DNA from: a virus
Lineage: Duplodnaviria; Caudoviricetes
DNA: 44,966 nt
Reading direction: 5' to 3' (one strand)
IMG/VR virus record: IMGVR_UViG_3300027672_002563
Coordinates: 1-44,966 of that record
The notes under the pieces are model-generated. The model did no database searches, had not been told where the DNA came from, and saw nothing but the letters and a program-made list of their open reading frames with translations. Positions 8,691 to 17,728 of this stretch are shown one piece after another (position 1 is the first letter of the stretch; every line of letters begins with the position of its first letter). A program made the position numbers and the translations under genes.

Positions 8691-9524
8691 ATGGATAATA
8701 TCTTACTTACAGGCTCCAGTGGTTATATAGGGTCTCATCTTTTAAAAAAAATTAGTGAGCGTTTCTTATGCCGTGTTTCTGGTCTAGACAAAAAAAATCC
8801 AGATAAGATCTATCCCGATAAATTTTACTATGGAGATATCAGGAACGATAAGTATTTAAAATACAAAGATTCTTTTGAGTGTGTAATCCATTTGGCTGCT
8901 GAAATGAGAGTTGGCGAATCGGTAAAAGATCCGACTTTGTATTATGAAACTAATGTCCTTGGGACTTTAAATGTTTTGAGAAACATCAAGACTAAACATT
9001 TCATCTTTGCTTCAACTGGAGCAGTAGAAGGTTTAGCTTCTCCTTACGGTATTTCTAAAAAATCAGCAGAAGAAATTGTAATTCAGTATTGCTTGGAAAA
9101 TAATATTGAGTATACTATTTTTAGGTTTTACAATGTTATTGGGTCCGATGGTATAGCAATTAAAAACCCAGATGGATTATTCTATAACCTTCTTAAGTCA
9201 AAAGACACAGGGATATTTACAATCTTCGGAAACGATTATGAGACTGAAGATGGGACATGTATCAGGGACTATGTTCATGTAAATGAAATTTGCGAATCAA
9301 TAATTTCAGCTATAGAAAAACCAGCTAATGAAATCGAAAATTTAGGTCATGGAAAAGGCACTTCTGTATTAGATATGTTTAACACCTTTAACAGGGTAAA
9401 TGGCCTTGATATATCTTTGCGATACGGTCCCCGCAGGGATGGAGATATTGTAGTGAGCGTTCTAAAAAATAAAAGTTTATACATTAAAGACATTTATAGT
9501 ATAGAAGATTTATTAAAAATTTAG
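8691..9524 (+). CDS. galE: UDP-glucose 4-epimerase-like extended SDR
   Basis: TGSSGYIG, HLAA, VGES, YGISK, RFYNV, DGTCIRDYVHV and RRDGD. Confidence 0.85.
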   Translation: MDNILLTGSSGYIGSHLLKKISERFLCRVSGLDKKNPDKIYPDKFYYGDIRNDKYLKYKDSFECVIHLAAEMRVGESVKDPTLYYETNVLGTLNVLRNIKTKHFIFASTGAVEGLASPYGISKKSAEEIVIQYCLENNIEYTIFRFYNVIGSDGIAIKNPDGLFYNLLKSKDTGIFTIFGNDYETEDGTCIRDYVHVNEICESIISAIEKPANEIENLGHGKGTSVLDMFNTFNRVNGLDISLRYGPRRDGDIVVSVLKNKSLYIKDIYSIEDLLKI

Positions 9525-9535
9525 AATCAACTTTA

Positions 9536-10384
9536 ATGACAAAAGTATTAATAATACAAGAAGCAAGCCGACATCTAGAGAATTTTGAATTTAGAGAATG
9601 TCTGTGCTTAGAGAGAGCTTTTCAAGAGAACGGCTGGGAGCCTACTGTATACGGAAAAGGACATCCTTCTTTTTATAATAAGTTAGATTTTAATTCTTTT
9701 GATTTTATATTAAATCTCGAAAACTACGGAGATGATTGGTTGCCAGATTTGTCTTCTTTTAATAAACCTTATAAAATATTATGGAGTATAGATGCTCATT
9801 GTAGAGGGATGTCCCCTTATGAAGAAATATTTAAAAAAGGGAAATACGACCTTCTTTTAAACTCTACCTTAGATTACGTGACCAAACCTCACCACGAATG
9901 GTTTCCAAACTCAATTTGCGATCATAAAATAAAAAACTTAAACCTGCAAAAAACCTCTAAATTTTCTTTTGTAGGAAATCATGTAAACAGGCAGTCTATC
10001 TTAGACTTTTTAAGCAAAGAGTATAACTTAAAACAGAATATTTTTGTTATAGGAAAAAGTATGGTAAAGTCAATAAACGAGACATATTTACATTTTAACA
10101 AGAATATGTCCAATGATCTAAATTATAGGAATTTTGAAACGATTGGGTGTGGAACGGCGTTGATTACAGACCACAACCACATGTATGATGAACTAGGGTT
10201 TGTGGATGGAGAAAATGTCATTTTTTATAATGATATGGATTCTCTTACAGAAAAATTAAATTATTACTTGGAAAAAAAAGATACTTTATCTAAAATAGGT
10301 AAAAGTGGAGAAAAACTTGCCAAACGGCATACTTACGATAAAAGGGTTCAAGCTCTAATAAGCAACTTATATGAAAAGGTTTAG
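9536..10384 (+). CDS. CgeB-like GT-B glycosyltransferase
   Basis: NYRNFETIGCG..LITD, ENVIFY and HTYDKRV C-terminal motifs. Confidence 0.8.
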   Translation: MTKVLIIQEASRHLENFEFRECLCLERAFQENGWEPTVYGKGHPSFYNKLDFNSFDFILNLENYGDDWLPDLSSFNKPYKILWSIDAHCRGMSPYEEIFKKGKYDLLLNSTLDYVTKPHHEWFPNSICDHKIKNLNLQKTSKFSFVGNHVNRQSILDFLSKEYNLKQNIFVIGKSMVKSINETYLHFNKNMSNDLNYRNFETIGCGTALITDHNHMYDELGFVDGENVIFYNDMDSLTEKLNYYLEKKDTLSKIGKSGEKLAKRHTYDKRVQALISNLYEKV

Positions 10385-10919
10385 ATTTGACGATATCTGT
10401 ATAAATGCAGACATGGAAAAAGCCAACTCTATGGCTAAAATTTTAAGGAAACAATTCCCCAACTGCGAAATACTTTTTTGTGTTTCTCCTTTAGTCCATG
10501 ATATGAGCGACACTTCAGGAGTAACGGCAGAAAGAATTTTTCCTAAAATTTTAAATGCACACAGTGATTTTAGAAAATACTACGAAGTAGATATTTGTGG
10601 TTGTCCTGAGATTATTTCTGAAGTGAGCAGAGCTAGTCATGGTTTAATACATGTAGATCATCGACTTTTAACAAAAGAAGCCCAAGAATTAAGCATTCTT
10701 GTAAGCTGCAATCTTTCTAAATCTAAAATTTTTGTTCCTCCCTTCAATAAGTGGAATAAAGACACCTCAGAAATATGTGAGGAACACGGCGTTGAGCTTG
10801 TGAAATTTGAGGATGGGTGGCTTTGCATGGAATATAATGATTTTAACCCCGACCATAATTTGTGGTATGTCCACAGTAGGGAATTTACAGTAGAAGAATT
10901 TAAAAAATGGATAATATAG
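10371..10919 (+). CDS. Polysaccharide deacetylase-like (NodB/DUF2334-type) protein
   Basis: RFDDI, SHGLIHVDH and FVPPFN motifs. Confidence 0.7.
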   Translation: MKRFRFDDICINADMEKANSMAKILRKQFPNCEILFCVSPLVHDMSDTSGVTAERIFPKILNAHSDFRKYYEVDICGCPEIISEVSRASHGLIHVDHRLLTKEAQELSILVSCNLSKSKIFVPPFNKWNKDTSEICEEHGVELVKFEDGWLCMEYNDFNPDHNLWYVHSREFTVEEFKKWII

Positions 10920-11605
10920 AAAACTACAAAGGTATAAATATATTAAGTGGTATTAATACATACCCAGGAAGCGGAACAGCTAATCAACACGAAGAAGAAT
11001 ATAAGATATTTAAACATTTTCTCTCTTTTTTACAAAATAAAAAAAATCCTGTTATGGTAGAACTTGGGAGCAATTGGGCCTTGTGGTCTCTTTGTTTTCG
11101 TAAAGAATTTCCTAATGGAAAAAATATTTTAATAGAATTAGGGAAAAGAGCATTAAATGTTGGTATAAAAAATTTTAAATTAAATAAATTTTCGGAAAAA
11201 CATTACTGGGGTGGGTTTTTCTTGGAAAATTCTGGAACTTTTAAAAACAAAAAAGCGGATTTAGAATATTCTAAAGTAGAAGGAGAATATTTTGATGATT
11301 GTATAAAAGGTCCATTTGTCGGCCCAGAATTAAATTTTTTAGATATTTGGAATAAAGAAAAAATACATAAACTTGATGTTTTGCACATGGATATTCAGGG
11401 CAGTGAATTCCCTCTTATAATGCAGTTAAGAGATGACAATAAACTTGTAGATATTAACAATTTATTTATAGCTACTCACTCTGCCGATATACATAATACA
11501 ATTCTAAAAATTTTGTTAGAAAGTCATTTCTCGATTATTGTAAACAAACCTTTTGGTTCAGTAGGAGGGGATGGTTTATTATGTGCGACAAGAAAAAACC
11601 CATGA
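10907..11605 (+). CDS. FkbM-family methyltransferase
   Basis: MVELGSNWA, LHMDIQGSE and FIATHS. Confidence 0.8.
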   Translation: MDNIENYKGINILSGINTYPGSGTANQHEEEYKIFKHFLSFLQNKKNPVMVELGSNWALWSLCFRKEFPNGKNILIELGKRALNVGIKNFKLNKFSEKHYWGGFFLENSGTFKNKKADLEYSKVEGEYFDDCIKGPFVGPELNFLDIWNKEKIHKLDVLHMDIQGSEFPLIMQLRDDNKLVDINNLFIATHSADIHNTILKILLESHFSIIVNKPFGSVGGDGLLCATRKNP

Positions 11606-12165
11606 TAGTATCAATTCATCAGCCTAATCTCATGCCGTGGGTTCCTTTTTTCGATAAGATAAAAAAATCGGACATTTTTGTAATTTTGGGACATTGCCAG
11701 TTTGAAAAAAATAATTTTCAAAATCGCTTTATGATTAATGAAAAATGGCAAACCTTGAGAGTAAAAAAAGGTAATAACCCAATTATAGAAAAAGAATATA
11801 TAGACTCAAAACAAGATTGGGAGACGATTAAGAGAAAATTACCCCAGTATAGAGAAGCATTAGAAAAAATGGATTATTGTATTTCTAATAATTTATTGGA
11901 GACAAACACTAAAATTATTAAACATATTTGCAAAGAATTGAACATAAAGACGAAAATAGAAGAAGATTTCAAAACAAATTCGACAAAAACAGAAAGGTTG
12001 GTAGAAATTTGTCAGCACTACAAAGCTAATAAATATTTATCAGGTCCAAGCGGGAAAAATTATATTGATTTAGATGGGTTTAAAAAAGCCGAAATTGACA
12101 TATCATACCAAGACAGTTCCCTATCAAGGGAAAAACCGATATTAGAATGTCTGACAATACAATAA
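11602..12165 (+). CDS. WbqC-like protein
   Basis: IHQPN.MPW..FF.K...SD.FV, QF.K..FQNR and YLSGPSGKNY. Start 11602 overlaps the upstream stop (ATGA). Confidence 0.88.
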   Translation: MIVSIHQPNLMPWVPFFDKIKKSDIFVILGHCQFEKNNFQNRFMINEKWQTLRVKKGNNPIIEKEYIDSKQDWETIKRKLPQYREALEKMDYCISNNLLETNTKIIKHICKELNIKTKIEEDFKTNSTKTERLVEICQHYKANKYLSGPSGKNYIDLDGFKKAEIDISYQDSSLSREKPILECLTIQ

Positions 12166-12950
12166 ATTATAAATTCACAGATGAATCCTCTAATTGTTAC
12201 GAGGGTTCTCCAGCAAAAAAATTAGTAGAACTTCTCGGAGATCAAAAATATCTGACCAGTGAAGGTATATCTAAAGTTAGTAAAGAAAGGTGGGATACGG
12301 CACAGTCTTATGAGAGATCAGAATGGATGTCTAGAAATCTTTGTCTAAAGGATGATAGGAATTATTTCCATCGAAATGTATTTGAAGATTATAGGTGTTT
12401 AGATTGCACAGATGTAAAATCAATTATAGAACTTGGATGTGGCCCATTTACAAACGCTAGATTAATTTTAGAAAAGTTTCCAAATATTGAAGAGGTGACA
12501 TTGCTTGATCCGCTTGTTAATGATTACCTAAATCATCCTAATTGTAGATATAAAAACTCTAAACTTTCGATGGAATCTGGGAATTCTAATCCATCTATTA
12601 AATTAATATCTAACTCCATTGAAGACTGCGATATACTTCAAACTTTTGATATGGTGATCATGATTAATGTGTTAGAGCATTGTTTTGATATACCAAAAAT
12701 ATTTGAAACAATAGATAAAATTTTAAACAAAAATGGAATTTTAATATATGCAGATGTACAGTTTGATCTGGATGTTATAGAAACAATGTCTAAATTTAAA
12801 TATAATGCGGGTCATCCGATAAGAGTTACAAAGTCATATATTAACAATATTCTAGATTCAAAATATAACCCTCTTTTTTCAAAAACTTTTGAAGAAGAGG
12901 TCTCTGGTTTGAAAGGCGAAGAGCGTTATTTTATAGGCAAAAAACTTTAG
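12147..12950 (+). CDS. Class I SAM-dependent methyltransferase
   Basis: IELGCGP, LDPL, FDMV.MINVLEH and L.KNG.L. Confidence 0.85.
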   Translation: MSDNTINYKFTDESSNCYEGSPAKKLVELLGDQKYLTSEGISKVSKERWDTAQSYERSEWMSRNLCLKDDRNYFHRNVFEDYRCLDCTDVKSIIELGCGPFTNARLILEKFPNIEEVTLLDPLVNDYLNHPNCRYKNSKLSMESGNSNPSIKLISNSIEDCDILQTFDMVIMINVLEHCFDIPKIFETIDKILNKNGILIYADVQFDLDVIETMSKFKYNAGHPIRVTKSYINNILDSKYNPLFSKTFEEEVSGLKGEERYFIGKKL

Positions 12951-12987
12951 AAGATAACTGTGAATTAAACAAAAACCCAATATTAGT

Positions 12988-13749
12988 ATGTTTGATACCC
13001 TAATAGTAAGTTCAGATGAATATTTTAAAGGATTTTTCCCGATAGTAGCTAAAGCTTGGAGGAAGTTTTTCCCCGAAGTAGAGTTATGTGCTGCTTTTGT
13101 TACGACAAAAGAGGAGAACGATGATGAGGTGTGCAAGCTAAGAGATATTTATGATAAAGTATCACTTTATAGGCCAGTTAAAGGCATTCCTGATAAAAAT
13201 GTGGCGAAAATGTCTAGATTTTTATTAGCATCATCGATGGGAGAAAAAGTATGTTCGATTGAAGACGTAGATACGATACCGCTCCAGAAGAAATACTTTG
13301 CAGATAGAACTTCTCTAAGGGAGCCTGACAAAATACTAGCTGTAGGAAAAGAAGTTTATGAAGGAACAGCTCATAACTTGAGCTTTCCAGTAAGCACTGC
13401 TACAGCCGAAGGCGATACATTTAAAAAAATTTTTAATCCAAATGACTTGGAGTATTTTGAGCTTTATGAGTTTTGGAAAAGCTTTACGTGCAATGAGGGA
13501 AGAAAAATAACAGATCAAAATTTTTCAGATGAGGGTTTAATAGTAAAACTCATCGAACATTTTTCTTTTGAAAATATTCAACATGTAGAAAGAGGTGTTG
13601 ACATAAGAAGCGATTGGGTGGATAGATCGTGGTGGGGAATTAATGAACAAAAACTCAAAAAAGGTGATTACATTACTTGTAATTTTTTAAGACCTTTTGA
13701 GGAGAATAGATCAAAATTCAAACAAATAATTGATTATATAAATGAATAA
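12988..13749 (+). CDS. Hypothetical, possible GT-A glycosyltransferase
   Basis: EDVD (DxD-like), FSDE and VDRS.W; cluster context. Confidence 0.5.
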   Translation: MFDTLIVSSDEYFKGFFPIVAKAWRKFFPEVELCAAFVTTKEENDDEVCKLRDIYDKVSLYRPVKGIPDKNVAKMSRFLLASSMGEKVCSIEDVDTIPLQKKYFADRTSLREPDKILAVGKEVYEGTAHNLSFPVSTATAEGDTFKKIFNPNDLEYFELYEFWKSFTCNEGRKITDQNFSDEGLIVKLIEHFSFENIQHVERGVDIRSDWVDRSWWGINEQKLKKGDYITCNFLRPFEENRSKFKQIIDYINE

Positions 13750-14452
13750 AGTCGGCGTGTTAGGGTATGGTGAGGTTGGTAGAGCTGTTGCTTCTTTGTA
13801 TAAAACCAAGCCGAAGATAAAAGATTTAGAACACAACGGTAGTCTTAAAGATTTGGATATTGTCCATATATGCATACCTTTTTCAAAAGACTTCGAAGAT
13901 ATCATAGTCGCCTTCTTGAAGCAGGATAATCCAAAGTATTGTATTATACATTCTACTGTAGCCCCCCAGACCACAGAAAATATCAACAAAAAAACAGATA
14001 ACATTTTTAATGTTTGTCATGCTCCTGTTAGAGGAATTCACCCCAACTTACGAGAAGGGCTTTTAACATTTGAATCTTATTTAGGTTCTGATTTTGACTG
14101 CGAAGAAATACAAAAACACCTTTCTTCTTTAGGTCTAAAAATAATAAAAGTTTCCTCTTTGACTTCTGAAATGTCAAAGCTTTTGGATACAACGTATTAT
14201 GGTCTTTGCATAGCTTGGCATGGTGAAGTGAAAAAAATGTGTGATCAATTAAACATTGATTTCGATGAAGTTTGCACTTTTTACAACAAAACTTACAATG
14301 AAGGCTATAAAAAACTAGGAAAGGAAAATGTTGTGCGGCCTGTTTTAACTCCCCCTAAGAAAATAGGAGGTCATTGCATTATTCCTAATACTGAGATTTT
14401 AAAAGAAAACTTCACCTCGTCAGCTTTTGATTTTATATTGCAATACAAATAA
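13742..14452 (+). CDS. UDP-glucose/GDP-mannose dehydrogenase family protein lacking the C-terminal domain
   Basis: GYGEVG, ICIP, STV.P.TT, E..KL and GGHC catalytic motif; only 236 aa. Confidence 0.8.
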   Translation: MNKVGVLGYGEVGRAVASLYKTKPKIKDLEHNGSLKDLDIVHICIPFSKDFEDIIVAFLKQDNPKYCIIHSTVAPQTTENINKKTDNIFNVCHAPVRGIHPNLREGLLTFESYLGSDFDCEEIQKHLSSLGLKIIKVSSLTSEMSKLLDTTYYGLCIAWHGEVKKMCDQLNIDFDEVCTFYNKTYNEGYKKLGKENVVRPVLTPPKKIGGHCIIPNTEILKENFTSSAFDFILQYK

Positions 14453-14493
14453 ATATTGAGAAACTTTTCAAAACCATTATTATATCCAAAATA

Positions 14494-15609
14494 ATGAGCG
14501 ATTTTGACGAGACATATCATGGCAAAAAAATAGACCACATGAATATACTAAATATTGAAGACGCTAAAAAATGGCTTAATGGTCGGCAATGTATTGTCGT
14601 GACTGGTGTTACAGGTCAGGATGGGAGTCATATGGTGGATTTTCTTCTTGAAAATACCGATTATATTATTTTTGGTTGCGTTCGCCGTTTGAGCGTTTAT
14701 AATCACGATAATATTTTTCACATCAAAAGTGATAGATTTAGGTTGATTAATTTTGATCTTACTGACTCAAACCTCATCGCCAGAACAGTTGAGTCTTTAA
14801 AGCCAAAATATTTTATTAATCTAGCTGCTCAAAGCTTTGTCGGCAGTAGTTGGGATTTCGCTTTACTGACTTGGGAAGCCAACTGCACTTCTGTTTTAAA
14901 TATTCTTGAGGCTATTAGGCTACACAAACCCGAATGCAGGTTTTATCAAGCGGGTTCATCTGAGGAGTTTGGAGATGTCATTACTGCTCCTCAAGACGAG
15001 TCACACCCTTCAAGACCTCGCAGTCCATATGGAGCCTCTAAATCAGCTTCGAGACAGCTTGTCAAGGTCTGGAGGGATTCTTATGGTCTTTATGCTATCC
15101 AAGGTTGGTTGTTTAACCATGAAGGGACTCGCCGTGGAGAAGAGTTCGTTACTCGTAAGATTAGTACTAATGTAGCTAGAATAAAAAATGAATACCCAAG
15201 CGGAGAGTTCTTCCCTTTAGAGTTAGGCAATATTGATTCGAAAAGAGATTGGAGTGATGCTGAAGATTTTGTAGAAGGTATTTGGCTAATGCTCAACCAA
15301 GAAAAACCTAAAGAATATGTCCTTTCTTCTGACGAGACTCATACTATTAGAGAGTTTGTCGAAGAAGCTTTCAACTTCGCAGGTTTTGCTGTAGAAAAAT
15401 GCGAGTGGGTGGGGGAAGGAGTGGATGAAAAATACCTTCACGAAGGAAAAGTTTTGATGCAAATCAATCCAGACTTCTACCGTCCTGCTGAAGTAGAGTT
15501 GTTATGGGGCGATTCGTCAAAGGCTCGTATAGACTTGGGTTGGAAGCCTAAAAGTAGTTTTCTTGATTTAGTCAAAAAAATGGTTGACCATGATTTGGCC
15601 CACAGCTAG
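14494..15609 (+). CDS. gmd: GDP-mannose 4,6-dehydratase
   Basis: TGVTGQDGSH, NLAAQSFV, PRSPYGASK, LFNHE..RRGE.FVTRKI, RDW and FYRPAEV.LL.GD. Confidence 0.96.
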   Translation: MSDFDETYHGKKIDHMNILNIEDAKKWLNGRQCIVVTGVTGQDGSHMVDFLLENTDYIIFGCVRRLSVYNHDNIFHIKSDRFRLINFDLTDSNLIARTVESLKPKYFINLAAQSFVGSSWDFALLTWEANCTSVLNILEAIRLHKPECRFYQAGSSEEFGDVITAPQDESHPSRPRSPYGASKSASRQLVKVWRDSYGLYAIQGWLFNHEGTRRGEEFVTRKISTNVARIKNEYPSGEFFPLELGNIDSKRDWSDAEDFVEGIWLMLNQEKPKEYVLSSDETHTIREFVEEAFNFAGFAVEKCEWVGEGVDEKYLHEGKVLMQINPDFYRPAEVELLWGDSSKARIDLGWKPKSSFLDLVKKMVDHDLAHS

Positions 15610-15612
15610 TCT
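15584..15612 (+). promoter_or_regulatory. Leaderless-type sigma70 promoter of the replication operon
   Basis: TTGACC-17-TAGTCT-5-GTG(15618). Confidence 0.6.
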
Positions 15613-15617
15613 GTGGC

Positions 15618-15965
15618 GTGAGTAAGCCTAAACCTCTTAACAAGAGGGAGATAATCTTCCGATTAATCGAAGTCCCCGATAAGGGGAGGAGAGTCTTTTT
15701 CGCGAGAGAGATGAAGATGCTTAACGATTTGTGTGATCGTTACTCTCAGGAATTTATGTCTATCGTCTCCTTCGGAAAGAAGTTCGATTCGTTAGCTTAC
15801 CTAGTCAGTGACAAGTTAAAAGGAACTCTTGCTGAAAAATTCAGAGCTTTTAATTTTACAGTTGACTTATCTAAGTATGAGGCTTATGATATAGGTGATA
15901 AAGTGGGGCCAGATGGTGATGTGTCCCGCGCAAAGAAAACAATAAAAGACTTTTTAAATGAGTGA
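15618..15965 (+). CDS. Hypothetical protein
   Basis: 115-aa ORF with its own promoter, overlapping the recA start. Confidence 0.7.
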   Translation: MSKPKPLNKREIIFRLIEVPDKGRRVFFAREMKMLNDLCDRYSQEFMSIVSFGKKFDSLAYLVSDKLKGTLAEKFRAFNFTVDLSKYEAYDIGDKVGPDGDVSRAKKTIKDFLNE

Positions 15966-17076
15966 TACTATAAATCCATCAGGCATCCTTAATAATTTTC
16001 TTAAGGCAAACAAGAGCGACCATTACAACTTCGAAGAGACTATAGAGTATAAGGTCTCCAGTGGCTCACTTCAATTCGATATGCATCTTGGTGGTGGATT
16101 CGGACCTGGGTTACATCGTTTCACAGGAATCAACGAGGGGGGCAAGACATCAGAGTCTCTGGAAGTTATGAAAAACTTTCTAAAGACTATTCCAAAAGCT
16201 AGAGGGGTTTATATTAAGGCTGAAGGCAGATTGAGTCCTGAGATGCAGAAGAGGAGCGGTGTTAATTTTGTTAATCAGGATAAATGGGAAGAGGGGACTT
16301 GTTTTGTTTACGAAAGCAATATCTACGAATCAGCGATGAGTTTAATTAAAGAGCTTATTACTAATAATGAAGAGAAAAATCTATATTGTTTTATTGTCGA
16401 TTCGGTTGACGGTTTGATTAAGCGCGATGATAATGCCAAAAGTTTTGATGATGCCAATAAAGTCGCAGGAGGTGCATTGATAGCTTCCGACTTCTGCAAA
16501 AAAACCAGCGTAGCTCTAGGAAAGCGTGGGCATATGGCTATTTTTATTAGTCAAGTTAGGGCTGATATTAAAATAGACCCTTATTCAAAAGCCCCGATTC
16601 GACAAACTACAGCTACAGGGGGGAATGCGTTATTGCACTTTGCTAATAATATTTTAGAGTTTGAAGCGAGGTTTAAAGGTGATCTAATCTTGAAAAACCC
16701 AGCCGTTAAGACTATCGACCCGAAGAAGAATCCCATCATCGGTCATATAGCAAAAGTCACGATTAAAAAATCAGCGAACGAGAATACTAACACAACGATC
16801 CCATATCCAATTCGTTATGGGAGGACTGGCGGGAATTCTATTTGGGTAGAAAAAGAAATCATTGACATGCTGTATGGTTGGGAGTTCATCACTAAAGCGG
16901 GTGCATGGCTAAAAACCACTGATGATTTCATGGAGCTTCTAGCTACTCAAGATCTTACCTTTCCAGAAAAGTTTCAGGGTGAAGCTAAATTATTTAAACA
17001 TATCGAGGAAGACAAAGATCTTAGTTCATTCCTAATTAAGTATTTTAGAGAGCAAGTCGCAGCCGTTGGAGCATGA
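15958..17076 (+). CDS. recA: RecA/UvsX-like recombinase
   Basis: SGS..FD..LGGG, Walker A GINEGGKT, IVDSV, FISQVR and TGGNAL.HF. Confidence 0.92.
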   Translation: MSDTINPSGILNNFLKANKSDHYNFEETIEYKVSSGSLQFDMHLGGGFGPGLHRFTGINEGGKTSESLEVMKNFLKTIPKARGVYIKAEGRLSPEMQKRSGVNFVNQDKWEEGTCFVYESNIYESAMSLIKELITNNEEKNLYCFIVDSVDGLIKRDDNAKSFDDANKVAGGALIASDFCKKTSVALGKRGHMAIFISQVRADIKIDPYSKAPIRQTTATGGNALLHFANNILEFEARFKGDLILKNPAVKTIDPKKNPIIGHIAKVTIKKSANENTNTTIPYPIRYGRTGGNSIWVEKEIIDMLYGWEFITKAGAWLKTTDDFMELLATQDLTFPEKFQGEAKLFKHIEEDKDLSSFLIKYFREQVAAVGA

Positions 17077-17480
17077 AGTTCTTGGATGCGAACGGCAAAG
17101 AAAGGAACCTCAAGAACGCTAAAAAATATTTAATCGATTGGGAGAAACCAAGCCGCAGTAAATTTCAAACTTCGGTTAAGATTTTCCTTTACGATTATTG
17201 GAAAAACGATATAGTCTTCGAAGAGTTCAGGGTGGTAGGTAGTAGATTGTCTCTAGACTTCTATAATGCTAATAAAAAAATAGCTGTGGAAGTCCAAGGC
17301 GCTCAACACACAAAGTTTATAAAATTTTTCCACAAGAACCGATTTAAGTATGCGGAGCAATTAAAGAGGGATATGCAAAAGTTTGATTTCTGTAAAGTGA
17401 ACGGAATTCAACTAGCAGAGATTTATCCTAAAGATGAAATACAAGCTTCCGTATTCAACAACCAAGATATTTATTTATGA
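17073..17480 (+). CDS. Vsr/DUF559-like endonuclease
   Basis: EEF, LDFY, IAVEVQGAQH and RD..K...C. Confidence 0.75.
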   Translation: MKFLDANGKERNLKNAKKYLIDWEKPSRSKFQTSVKIFLYDYWKNDIVFEEFRVVGSRLSLDFYNANKKIAVEVQGAQHTKFIKFFHKNRFKYAEQLKRDMQKFDFCKVNGIQLAEIYPKDEIQASVFNNQDIYL

Positions 17481-17725
17481 ATTTACCAGATGGCAGTGAA
17501 GACCCTGAGTTTTGTATCCCTATGGAAATGGTGGAGAAGATTTATGAGTTATCGGGAGGCGCAGACAAGTATAAAGGGGTAATAATGGCGGTCTCTTCAG
17601 AGAATGGTAAGCCTTTGGTTTATTGCAAATTTGATTGCAGCATGACGGAATTTGCCTTAACAAAAGCTTTAGAATCTCATTTAGAGCGCCCCTCTAAAGA
17701 ATCAACTCAAGAAGAAGAACTCTAG
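17477..17725 (+). CDS. Hypothetical protein
   Basis: 82-aa ORF coupled by an ATGA overlap. Confidence 0.65.
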   Translation: MNLPDGSEDPEFCIPMEMVEKIYELSGGADKYKGVIMAVSSENGKPLVYCKFDCSMTEFALTKALESHLERPSKESTQEEEL

Positions 17726-17728
17726 AAG

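Noticed and set aside
6508-15609. Bacterial chromosomal O-antigen locus
   Set aside because: No flippase, polymerase or membrane proteins; it is flanked by phage-type replication, sigma and fibre genes sharing the same promoter style.
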